Shown here: positions 27,410 through 36,495 of the stretch, piece after piece
Layout: each line of letters starts with the position of its first letter
Position numbering within the stretch: position 1 is the first letter of the stretch
NCBI GenBank assembly: GCA_022340515.1
Contig: JAJDNT010000239.1
Coordinates: forward strand, 1-49,306
From: Deltaproteobacteria bacterium
GTDB lineage: Bacteria > Desulfobacterota > Syntrophobacteria > BM002
Reading direction: 5' to 3'
Length of the DNA stretch: 49,306 nucleotides
Position numbers and translations under genes: made by a program
Notes under the pieces: generated by a model
What the model saw: the letters and a program-made list of their open reading frames with translations, nothing else
What the model was told of the DNA's origin: nothing
Database searches by the model: none

Positions 27410-28205
27410 GTTCCGACCTTTTATTCGTGAGGGCGAGTGGCAATACCTGCGCTGTCTCGACTGCAGTCTCATCTTTCTCGATCCACAACCTTCGAAGGGA
27501 TTTCTCCACAATCACTATCAGGATTACCTACCTGCCGATGACTGGGGGATTGAAAGTTGGCATAAACTTATGGCCCAGGTTTTCGCCAAGAGCGCTGGGC
27601 TCATTCAAAATGAGATCCCCGTTCCGGGACGATTACTGGACATTGGCTGCGGTTATGGCTTCTTCCTGGAGGAGATGGCTCGGCGGGGCTGGCAAGTGGA
27701 GGGAATTGAAATTTCAGCCACCGGCTTAAACTACGCCCGAGAGAAGTTAGGGCTAAATGTGTCAAAAAATCCCTTGCCCAGACCCGACTGGCAAGATAAT
27801 TGCTACGATGTTATCACGCTATTTTATGTGATCGAGCACTTGCAGAACCCACTGGTTGTGCTCAGGGAGGTGCATCGGTTGCTCAGGGTCGGTGGGTTGT
27901 TGCTGCTAAGGTGGCCGCATACCGCCCCCATTGCCAGAATGTTCAGGCCCTGGGCAAAGAGGATGAAACTATATCAGGCCCCCTCTCATTTGTTTGACTT
28001 TTCGCCAGTGACTATATATAAAATCCTTGATCAACTGGACTTCCATAAGATTCGCACCACAGTCTGTGGCTGGACCAAGCCAGCCAACAAGGGTGCCCTC
28101 CTGGCGGCATGGCTCTTTGGCAGTTTTGGTGAGCAGTTGGCCAGAGTAACCCGTGATCGTCTGCTCTTGCCTGGGGTGAGCAAAACTACCTTGGCCCGAA
28201 GCTGA
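27378..28205 (+). CDS. Class I SAM-dependent methyltransferase with N-terminal Zn-ribbon
   Basis: CLLC...CLDC; LLDIGCGYG; VIEHL. GTG 27378 after GAGGAGG. Confidence 0.85.
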   Translation: MTSCLLCRGSKFRPFIREGEWQYLRCLDCSLIFLDPQPSKGFLHNHYQDYLPADDWGIESWHKLMAQVFAKSAGLIQNEIPVPGRLLDIGCGYGFFLEEMARRGWQVEGIEISATGLNYAREKLGLNVSKNPLPRPDWQDNCYDVITLFYVIEHLQNPLVVLREVHRLLRVGGLLLLRWPHTAPIARMFRPWAKRMKLYQAPSHLFDFSPVTIYKILDQLDFHKIRTTVCGWTKPANKGALLAAWLFGSFGEQLARVTRDRLLLPGVSKTTLARS

Positions 28206-28285
28206 CTTCCAACCAAAACGCAACCATCGTGGTTTAGAAGAGAATGGTTTTATTGTGGCCCTAACCAGAACTGAGTGAGGTAGAA

Positions 28286-28663
28286 ATGTCCAGGTTCACT
28301 TTAATCACTTTGCTGGGTTAATTTTTACTCTTGAGCTCTTTTGGCTGTGTTGGCAGGGAAGGTATTATTCGTCTCAACACTGATCCACCAGGGGCTACAT
28401 ACTATGTGGATGGAATTGAAAAAGGAAGAACGCCAGCGGAGTTTACCTGGGATTCCAATTGGCCTTGCTTGCTCGAGATCAGGAAAGAAGGCTATTATAC
28501 CGAGCAGGAACTCCTCAACAAATATTGGGTTTGGTATCAAGAGAGCAAAGGAAACTATCGTACGATTCGGGTTGGAGAGGCTAAGAAGAAATGGACAGTG
28601 ATCATTGACCGGAAGTTGAAAGCTGCACCATCAGGAGTAGCTTCTGAAACCGCAGGTCAGTAA
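28286..28663 (+). pseudogene. PEGA-domain lipoprotein with an in-frame TAA in its signal peptide
   Basis: RBS GAGG, ATG 28286, MSRFTLITLLG*FLLLSSFG-C (stop at 28319-28321), then PEGA motif TDPPGATYYVDGIEKGRTP...IRKEGY. Confidence 0.65.
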
Positions 28664-28746
28664 GGAAATTCAACTTTTCACAGAGCTTGGTGATTGGAGG
28701 ACTAAATAGGGTAAAGTAAATAATTACGATTAGACACCTGGAGCGA

Positions 28747-30969
28747 GTGCAGTTGACTTTATCAGAGAATTCACAATTTGGCTGCGATTTCGAGGGGCAT
28801 AGAGCTTCTAAAATTCAGTCTGCCCCTGGGGCGCCGGTCGTTGGCATACCCCGGGGTCTTCTCTATTTCAAATACCAACCTCTGTGGGCAACGTTTTTCT
28901 CTCACCTGGGGATCCAGGTCCTGGTCTCAGAACCGACCAAAAGGTCCAGTTTCGAGACAGCTCAAAGTCTCACCCGCAGCGATCTTTGCCTGCCTGTAAA
29001 AGTCTTTCTCGAGCATGTTTACAGATTAAAAGATCAGGTGGACTATCTCCTACTGCCGCGGCTTATCAGCGTAAGTCCCGATGCTTACATGTGTCCCAAG
29101 ATCCTGGGATTGACTGATATGGCCCGGAATGTCTTTAGCGATCTGCCTAACCTTCTGACCCCACGGGTAAATGCTAAACTTCCAAAGCCGGAGGGATTTG
29201 CCGAGGCATGTTTCGAGTTAGGACTTCATTTTAACCGCAGCAGATCACAGGTGGGGATTGCCTGGGAGGCTGCCTGGGAAGCTCAAGGGAAATACGAGCA
29301 AAGGTTGCTAAGATATCCCCTGGATGAAGCTTTAAAACCGTGGGACAGAGCCTTTGCTCAAAAAAACGGCAACTCTGAATTTGCGCCTCGATACCGGGTA
29401 GCAGTTATTGGTCGACCTTACATCTCCTTTGATAGTGCCCTCAGTCATGACCTGCTAAATTTGCTTCAGCGGCAGGCTGTTGAGATTGTTACCCCGGAAT
29501 CCCTGCCCAAGGAGGTCATAGAAAAAGAGAGTGAGAGACTGTCGAAAAAAGTCTACTGGCAATTGGGAAGGGAGCTGGTGGCCGCGGCTTTGCACTACAT
29601 GAGAGATGAAGATGTGGATGGCATCATCAATGTTTCCAGCTTTGGCTGTGGCCAAGATTCCTTCACCAACGCCCTGGTGGAATATTTCGTCAGCAAACAC
29701 TCAGACAAACCCATTCTTAGCCTGGTCATGGATGAGCACACCGCCGATGGTGGGTTAAATACCCGAGTAGAGGCATTTCTGGACATGATGGACCAGAGGA
29801 AAAAGAATGGGAACTCGGGATGGAAAGGGTGGGGGAAGAGAGAAGGTTTGCATCCGACGGGCGGGATTGTAAAAAATCCTAAAGCCGAAAAAATGCATCT
29901 AACCATACCGCACATGGGACATCTCCACGTGGGTTTCGAACAAGTGTTCAGAAATCTGGGTGTCCACATTACCATGCCACCCCGTCCCAATAAAGAAGCC
30001 TTGATGCTGGGTACGCGCTATTCTCCTGAATGCGCCTGTCTGCCATTTAAACTGAACCTTGGTAATATGATCCAGGCGTTAAATCAAGGCGCTACCGATA
30101 TTATGATGCCTGGCGGCTTTGGCCCCTGCCGTTTTGGCTACTACAGCGTGATCCAGGAACAGATCCTAAGAGATCTGGGCTACGAGTTCAGGATGGGTCG
30201 TGCGGATGATCCGGACAGTCTCCGAGACATGTTGGACATGGTAAAGAGGATCGCCGGCCTCAATACCAAGTGGGATTCCTACAAAGTCTTTTTCTTCATT
30301 CTTCATCGCCTTGCCCTGGTGGACTGGGCTTTACGTCGTTCCCACTGGTTGCGGCCTAGGGAGGTTGAGAAACATGCCACTGACCGGGCCCTGCGTCGCT
30401 GTCTCAAAATCATTGAGGAGACAAGTCGATTCCGTGACCTTTGGTCTGCAAAAAGGAAAGTGCGTCAGGTACTGAGTACAGTGGCCTGCCACCGTAAGCG
30501 GTCGATTCTCCGAGTGGGAATTGTGGGTGAGATTTTTATGGTGCTGGAGCATTATGCCAATATGAATGTGGAGGAAAGGCTGGGTGAGATGGGAGTTGAG
30601 GTGCATCGTGGCCTTTGGCTCAGTGACTGGCTAAATGACCGTTATCGGTTTAAGCTTTTCCGACGAAACCAGTACAAGTGGTCCCTCCGTCAGGCCAGAC
30701 CATACCTTTCTGAACCTAGTGGAGGTGAAAGTGTAAAATCGGTGGGAAAATCAGTGAGTTTTGCCAAAAGGGGTTTTGACGGTATCGTTCACCTCATGCC
30801 CTTTACCTGTATGCCGGAGCTGGTAGCTCAGACGATCTTGGCTAAGGTGTCTAGGGACTACAACATTCCTGTCCTCACTCTCATCTTCGATGAGCACACT
30901 TCGCCGGGAGGAGTGCAAACCAGGTTGGAGGCCTTTGTGGATCTGATAAACCGCAAAAGAACCTTATAG
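28747..30969 (+). CDS. Fused DUF2229 + 2-hydroxyacyl-CoA dehydratase-like reductase component (PlsA C-terminal/PlsR-like)
   Basis: VGIPRGLL...W..FF..LG, CLPVK, SFGCG, DEHT...TRVEAF; second half CLPFK, GPCRFGYY, VGIVGEIF, PFTCMP, DEHT...TRLEAF. Start uncertain. Confidence 0.8.
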   Translation: MQLTLSENSQFGCDFEGHRASKIQSAPGAPVVGIPRGLLYFKYQPLWATFFSHLGIQVLVSEPTKRSSFETAQSLTRSDLCLPVKVFLEHVYRLKDQVDYLLLPRLISVSPDAYMCPKILGLTDMARNVFSDLPNLLTPRVNAKLPKPEGFAEACFELGLHFNRSRSQVGIAWEAAWEAQGKYEQRLLRYPLDEALKPWDRAFAQKNGNSEFAPRYRVAVIGRPYISFDSALSHDLLNLLQRQAVEIVTPESLPKEVIEKESERLSKKVYWQLGRELVAAALHYMRDEDVDGIINVSSFGCGQDSFTNALVEYFVSKHSDKPILSLVMDEHTADGGLNTRVEAFLDMMDQRKKNGNSGWKGWGKREGLHPTGGIVKNPKAEKMHLTIPHMGHLHVGFEQVFRNLGVHITMPPRPNKEALMLGTRYSPECACLPFKLNLGNMIQALNQGATDIMMPGGFGPCRFGYYSVIQEQILRDLGYEFRMGRADDPDSLRDMLDMVKRIAGLNTKWDSYKVFFFILHRLALVDWALRRSHWLRPREVEKHATDRALRRCLKIIEETSRFRDLWSAKRKVRQVLSTVACHRKRSILRVGIVGEIFMVLEHYANMNVEERLGEMGVEVHRGLWLSDWLNDRYRFKLFRRNQYKWSLRQARPYLSEPSGGESVKSVGKSVSFAKRGFDGIVHLMPFTCMPELVAQTILAKVSRDYNIPVLTLIFDEHTSPGGVQTRLEAFVDLINRKRTL

Positions 30970-31938
30970 ATCGCCAGTTTCCCATTTGCCGCAACGATCC
31001 CCCCAGCGCACCAAACGTTCCTGACCTGGGGCCACAGGAATCTTCACTTCCATCACTTCACAGCCGTTGGAACACCCCTCACATTCAAAGCCACTAAGTT
31101 CGTATGGTATCCCCCCAACTTCAAAACCACGGAAGCGGGTTTTCTCTATTGAACTCACCGCTTCCTTAGCTAAAAGTGCAGCACCGATGGCCCCCATTAC
31201 CTCAAAGTCCGGGGGGACTAGTAATTCTTTTCCCAGAACTTGCTCAAAGGCAGACCGCATGCCCACATTGGCAGCCACGCCCCCCTGAAAGAGGATGGGG
31301 CGACGGAGTTCCTGGCTCTTGACCAGATTGTTCAAGTAATTGCGAACCAAGGCCTGGCAAAGTCCGGCTATGATGTCTTCCACACTGTGTCCCATTTGTT
31401 GTTTGTGGATCATGTCCGACTCCGCGAAGACCGTGCAACGGCTGGCAATTTTTACCGGCTTTTTGGCCTTGAGAGCATGTTCTCCAAAGGATTCGATAGG
31501 GATTCCCAGGCGATAAGCCTGTTGATCCAGAAATGAACCAGTGCCGGCGGCGCAGACTGTGTTCATGGCAAAGTCGATGACAGTGGAGTTTCGCAAAATT
31601 ATGCTTTTGGAGTCCTGGCCACCAATCTCGATAACCGTCTGGGTCTCCGGCTCATGGTGAAGAGCTGCCACGGCATGGGCGGTAATCTCGTTTTTAATCA
31701 CATCGGCACCTATTAAAATGCCGGCTAGATAACGGCCACTGCCGGTAGTACCCACACCAGTAACAGTTAGCTCGCCGTCCATTTGCTCAGCCAACGCCAT
31801 TAGGCCGGTTTGCATCGCCTTCATGGGCTGGCCGTGGGTACGTAAATATTGCTTGTGGAGCACTCTGCCGTTGTCATCCAAAAGCACTAAATTTGTACTA
31901 ATAGATCCCACGTCGACACCAAGATAAGTGGCTTTCAT
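30964..31938 (-). CDS. ATP-dependent CoA-substrate-specific enzyme activase (HgdC/BcrAD-BadFG family)
   Basis: LGVDVGSISTN, TTGSGR, EIGGQDSK, MNTVCAAGTGSFL, CTVFAESD, C-terminal CEGCSNGC. Confidence 0.92.
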   Translation of the reverse strand: MKATYLGVDVGSISTNLVLLDDNGRVLHKQYLRTHGQPMKAMQTGLMALAEQMDGELTVTGVGTTGSGRYLAGILIGADVIKNEITAHAVAALHHEPETQTVIEIGGQDSKSIILRNSTVIDFAMNTVCAAGTGSFLDQQAYRLGIPIESFGEHALKAKKPVKIASRCTVFAESDMIHKQQMGHSVEDIIAGLCQALVRNYLNNLVKSQELRRPILFQGGVAANVGMRSAFEQVLGKELLVPPDFEVMGAIGAALLAKEAVSSIEKTRFRGFEVGGIPYELSGFECEGCSNGCEVMEVKIPVAPGQERLVRWGDRCGKWETGDL

Positions 31939-31952
31939 GACCAGATCCTTAA

Positions 31953-32190
31953 TTGTTTGTCCGTTGTCAGTTGTTCAAATCGTTCAATCGTTCGCCTTCG
32001 GTGAAGTCGTTCAAACCGTAAAGACCTAAGTAGCCAGTAGTCAGTAGCCGGTAGCCAGCAAGGAAAAAATATAGTTCCATTTCATATCTCCTGGCTCCTG
32101 ACTCCTGAATTCTCCCTCCTTTACCTTATGCCTTGCGCCCTGCGCCTTGTGCCTCTTACTCCATGCCCTATGCTCTATGCTCTGTGCGCT
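31953..32190. repeat. Composite block of several 7-9 nt tandem repeat types
   Basis: GTCCGTT, CGTTCAA, GTAGCCA, CTCCTGA, TGCGCCT and TATGCTC arrays in series. Confidence 0.8.
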
Positions 32191-34729
32191 TGTCGTCAAT
32201 CCAGGCTAAGACCGCAGGCAAAAGAAAAAGAGCGGCGAAAAGGCAGGTAAGAATGCCCAAAGCTGTAACCCAGCCGATGCTGCGCAGGCCAGGATAGTGA
32301 GAACTGACTAGAGAACCGAAGCCGATGATTGTGGTCAGAGAGGTGAGCACGATGGCGCGACCAATGTGGTTGAGGACCATGGCAAGGTTCTCTTTGGAGT
32401 TTTGGCGCCAGCGATGAACAATGTGGATACCATCATCTATCCCTATTCCCACAATCAGCGGCAGGACAATGAAATTGGCGTAGTTGAATTGAATTGACAA
32501 CAATGCCATCAACCCCAACATGGACACTATGCCGCCCATCAGGGGAACAGCAGCTAGTGCCGCAGGAAAGGGGTGTCGAAAAGCCAAGAGCAAGGCTAGA
32601 GCAATAGCCACTGCCGCTAAAATTAAAGAGTCGCCAAGGTCGTGCCACACTAGCCCTTTGAGATGATCCGTCAAAATGGGCCAGCCTGCGAGTCGCCATT
32701 CGCTGCCATCGAGGCCACTTTCCCTTGCGGTCATTTTAATATCTTTGTCTAAACTGTCCAGATCATCTTTGTCCCATAAACCTTCCCGAGGGAAGACAAA
32801 AGTAAACAGTTTTCGGTTTGGACCTCGATTTACCAGAAAAGTATCCAGCAACTGTTCGAGGTTCGCATTTTTGAAGCTCTCTCGATCCACCCTGCCTTTT
32901 GGGTGCACCAGTGTTCTTAGCCAGTTCAAGTATGAGGTGTACTCGGGGAGGAACTGAAAGCCGTTTTCCTCCAGCGCCTTTTTAAATGTGGTCTCGATGC
33001 GGTCGGGGTTGAGTTGGCTAGCATGACGCTGATAAAAATCTAGTGCTAACCGCTGATTTTCAGGCGATGGCCAGTAGGCGAGGATGCTGCGATAATGAGA
33101 CAACTTCTCTGCATCTTGAAGTTTAGCCAAAGCCTTGTCAAGTTTCCAGGCTCGGTTCAGCAGAGTTGCATCATCTTTACCTTCCATTACCAAGAGAACA
33201 TAACCGCTCGCGCCCCCCATGATGGCCTCCACCTCTTTTTCCACCGCCATTCGACCAGCCTCTTTAGGTCGCAAAGTTCTTAGATCGTCTTCAAAGGAAA
33301 TGTTTAAGGCTGCAATAGCTAAAGCTGCAAGTAAAAAGAGGCTGAGGCATACAACCCGGCGGGGATGTTTTACCACAGGCGATATGAGATAATTGAGGCC
33401 AAAGTTAGGAATGGGCCTGGCAGATGCCGATGGCACCGTGTTACCCTGCTGCCAAGCGAGGAGGGCAGGCAAAACCACTAGCATGGCAGTTAGGCAGGCA
33501 AGGATGCCGATTCCGGTGATGATCCCCAGTTCCTGGAACCCTCTGAAAGAGGAAATACCAAGAGCGAAAAAGGCTGCTGCCGTTGTCAGTCCGCCCATGA
33601 GGATGGCTCCACCACTTTGAGTCAAGGCAAGGTGTAGGGCCCTGGCATGATCCTGACTCTGACTGGCACCTGCGTATAGATTGAGAAGGTGTATGGCAAA
33701 GTCGATACCAAGCCCGAGTAATACAGCAGCAAAAGCGCCGGTGAGTATGTTGACATGACCATAGATGAGCTGCAAAAGGCCAAAGGTCCAGATGAGAGCC
33801 ATGGCCAGTGGCAAGAGCATTAAAAAGAGGAAACGTAATTTACGGAAAACGAGAAAAAACAAAATGTTAACCCCAAGAAATGAAATGAGCAGGCTGCTTT
33901 GCAGGTCTCTGCGGGTTAAGGCTTCATCCTCCTGGGCAATAGCATAGCCACCAGCAAAAGTGATTTCGGGTGCGGCTCCAGCCGTGGGGTGAGATTTGCG
34001 CCAAGTGCTGATGGCCTTTTCCCCTGCCGCTGAAGCTGCTGCCATTAGTCTCTTGGTATAGGTGATATCTCGGGCTGATTGTTTAGGTCTGATGAAGACC
34101 AGAAGATGACTTCGGGTCTTATCCACCAAGTAGCCATCCTCGAGCTCAAGGCCAGCAAATGACTGCTGGGCAAACCAGCGGGAAAGCCATAAATGTCTCA
34201 GTCCCAGAGGGTCCTTAAGGATTAGGTCCCTGACACCACTCTGCATTGGCATCAGTAAAAGCCGCTTGTTTTCTTTTATTTGACGGGAAATGGAGGAGTC
34301 GCTCAAGCGCTCGAGCAAATCAAACCGTTCCTGTTCTGACAGGAAGAGGCCAGCATTGGGCAGTAAGACTTCGGCAAAGAACTTCCTTTGCTGAGTGGTA
34401 ACCTTGGCTTCCAAGTTGTCTATACCAGGAAAGGATGCCATTTCTTCAACGAAGCCATCGACGATTTGCTTGGCGCTTTCCAATTCTCCAGGTTCAACCA
34501 CACTCACAACCACCACAAGCACGTCCTGAGGACCGGCGTCCATCAGATCTGCAAGCAATTTTTTGGCCTCACTCTCCTTGGCAGGCATGAGAGAATCCAG
34601 GCTTGAGTCCATGCGAAGTTGAGTGATGAGTAGAATAGATAAGATGGTGCAAACTGAGGCAATCAGAAGAATCAACCTGTGGTATTGGACAATGCGATCT
34701 GCTAAAAGGGTGAAAAAGGGCTTGGTCAT
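32168..34729 (-). CDS. MMPL/RND-family lipid exporter
   Basis: Two TM bundles with GLGIDFAIH and GIGIDDGIH; LTTAAAF / LTTIIGF; 853 aa. Confidence 0.9.
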   Translation of the reverse strand: MTKPFFTLLADRIVQYHRLILLIASVCTILSILLITQLRMDSSLDSLMPAKESEAKKLLADLMDAGPQDVLVVVVSVVEPGELESAKQIVDGFVEEMASFPGIDNLEAKVTTQQRKFFAEVLLPNAGLFLSEQERFDLLERLSDSSISRQIKENKRLLLMPMQSGVRDLILKDPLGLRHLWLSRWFAQQSFAGLELEDGYLVDKTRSHLLVFIRPKQSARDITYTKRLMAAASAAGEKAISTWRKSHPTAGAAPEITFAGGYAIAQEDEALTRRDLQSSLLISFLGVNILFFLVFRKLRFLFLMLLPLAMALIWTFGLLQLIYGHVNILTGAFAAVLLGLGIDFAIHLLNLYAGASQSQDHARALHLALTQSGGAILMGGLTTAAAFFALGISSFRGFQELGIITGIGILACLTAMLVVLPALLAWQQGNTVPSASARPIPNFGLNYLISPVVKHPRRVVCLSLFLLAALAIAALNISFEDDLRTLRPKEAGRMAVEKEVEAIMGGASGYVLLVMEGKDDATLLNRAWKLDKALAKLQDAEKLSHYRSILAYWPSPENQRLALDFYQRHASQLNPDRIETTFKKALEENGFQFLPEYTSYLNWLRTLVHPKGRVDRESFKNANLEQLLDTFLVNRGPNRKLFTFVFPREGLWDKDDLDSLDKDIKMTARESGLDGSEWRLAGWPILTDHLKGLVWHDLGDSLILAAVAIALALLLAFRHPFPAALAAVPLMGGIVSMLGLMALLSIQFNYANFIVLPLIVGIGIDDGIHIVHRWRQNSKENLAMVLNHIGRAIVLTSLTTIIGFGSLVSSHYPGLRSIGWVTALGILTCLFAALFLLPAVLAWIDDKRTEHRA

Positions 34730-34836
34730 GACTGTTCAGTTTTAGTGTCCATAAAAAAACAAAGCAGGCTATTTGATGCCTGCTCGACAAGTAATTTTAC
34801 TCATATTTCTTGCAAGACAGCCAGGTAAGTTCAATC

Positions 34837-36495
34837 TTAATGGGAAAACTTCTGCACCCGACAGTTGCCCGTGTCCGCCACAAAGACGTTGCTGGCTCCA
34901 TCAGCGCATAATCCATAAGGTTCAACGAACTGTCCGGAACTCTTCCCTGGGCCTCCGTAGGATCTGAGGTTCTGTCCGGTAGGACTCATTTCCCAGATCA
35001 GGTGGCTGGCTGCGTCCAGTATCAACAAATTCCCGGATGATTGGTCAATGGCAATATCAACCGGATATGTGAGTCTGTCGGTGAAGGCAGCAAGAAAGCG
35101 ACCTTGCGAGTCAAACTTCTGGACTCTTCGCATTTTAGAATCAGCTACGTAAACATTGCCACTTCCGTCCACTGTGAGTCCGAAGGGCGAAACAAAAGAG
35201 GCACTGCCTTTTCCCTTGCTGCCCCAAGAGCGCAAAAATCTTCCTTGGCTGTCAAAAACTTGCACCCGGTTAAGTTTTGCATCCACCGTGTAAATATTCC
35301 CATCCGGACCCACAGAGATCCCACTCAAAAAGGCGAAATCGCCGCTTCCCCTACCCTTTTGCCCCCACTGGCCCTGGTAAACGCCGTTAAGGTCGAATTT
35401 TTCGATTCGATAGTTATAGGTATCGGCTACGTAAACATTGCCTTCACCGTCGACAGCCACATCCCAGGGCAGAGCCAAACTGCCGGGGCCGCTTCCCTTT
35501 TGCCCCCAGGCTTTCATGAAGGTCCCGGAGTTGTCGAATACTTGTATCCGGTTGTTGTAAGTGTCCGCCACATAAATGTTGCCCGAGGCATCGGCAGCCA
35601 CTCCAAAGGGTTTTAAAAAATCTCCTGAGCCATCGCCCTGCCTGCCCCATGCCACGGAAAAACGAAGAACGGTGCTAGCGGAAGTCGAGTAGGGGACACC
35701 GATAATGGGACCACTTGGCCCAGGTTTGATTGCCCCTACGGAAACCACATTTTGACCAACCGCCACGGACTCGTTGGTTTTTTGCTCGATGACTCTGGCA
35801 AAGGCCAGTTTCTCCTGAACCTCAGTCACCTGGAGCATGCCTGTGGCAATCTTTTCGATGCCCAAGATCTCACCGGAGACGGGGTGTTTTATGATCTCGC
35901 CCTCCCGGTAAACTTGAAACTTCATACCCGCTTTTGCCCCAACAGATTTTCCCACATCAAGGATAAAAGTCTCACCCTTTTGATGGATGATGAATCCCCG
36001 CAAGGGGAACTTGCTAACCAATTGAGCCACAAAAGGTCCGATCTTGTTGGACATGGAGCCAACGCTGTTAGCTGCCAGTCGATCAGCAACTTTGATTGTG
36101 GCACTTTCAGTCTCAATGATCTTGACGTTTAAATCTATACCTTGTCTGTGGCTTATTACAGCCCCGGTTACTATGTATGTGGCTCCGAGCACTCTCCCCA
36201 ACTGGGCTGCTGTATTCACATCAATGAGCCCGCTCGAGCCCAATTGTTGTTCTTGGATCAGCTCCTCTAGAGCTTGCCGCTCAATGACGTCGAAACGGCC
36301 CTGGTTGACGAAGGCGGTGGCGAGCCATTGGGCGGCAACCTTGCCTAGCTCTTCAGATTTAGCCTTTTCTCCCTGCGATTCGAGGTCGACCACGGCAATC
36401 CTGCTGCGGGCAGCAGCTAACACACAGGAAGCCCAGAAAGACAAGGCAATGACGAGAATAACGCAGATTGGTCTCATCCAACGGCGTGGCCTCAT
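34837..36495 (-). CDS. Exported protein: CsgG/TolB-N-like + FlgT-C-like + NHL beta-propeller
   Basis: Signal peptide; RIAVVD...RFDVIER...AAQLGRVLGA; about 6 NHL repeats (PxGxAxDxxGNxYVADTxNxRIQxF). Confidence 0.75.
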   Translation of the reverse strand: MRPRRWMRPICVILVIALSFWASCVLAAARSRIAVVDLESQGEKAKSEELGKVAAQWLATAFVNQGRFDVIERQALEELIQEQQLGSSGLIDVNTAAQLGRVLGATYIVTGAVISHRQGIDLNVKIIETESATIKVADRLAANSVGSMSNKIGPFVAQLVSKFPLRGFIIHQKGETFILDVGKSVGAKAGMKFQVYREGEIIKHPVSGEILGIEKIATGMLQVTEVQEKLAFARVIEQKTNESVAVGQNVVSVGAIKPGPSGPIIGVPYSTSASTVLRFSVAWGRQGDGSGDFLKPFGVAADASGNIYVADTYNNRIQVFDNSGTFMKAWGQKGSGPGSLALPWDVAVDGEGNVYVADTYNYRIEKFDLNGVYQGQWGQKGRGSGDFAFLSGISVGPDGNIYTVDAKLNRVQVFDSQGRFLRSWGSKGKGSASFVSPFGLTVDGSGNVYVADSKMRRVQKFDSQGRFLAAFTDRLTYPVDIAIDQSSGNLLILDAASHLIWEMSPTGQNLRSYGGPGKSSGQFVEPYGLCADGASNVFVADTGNCRVQKFSH

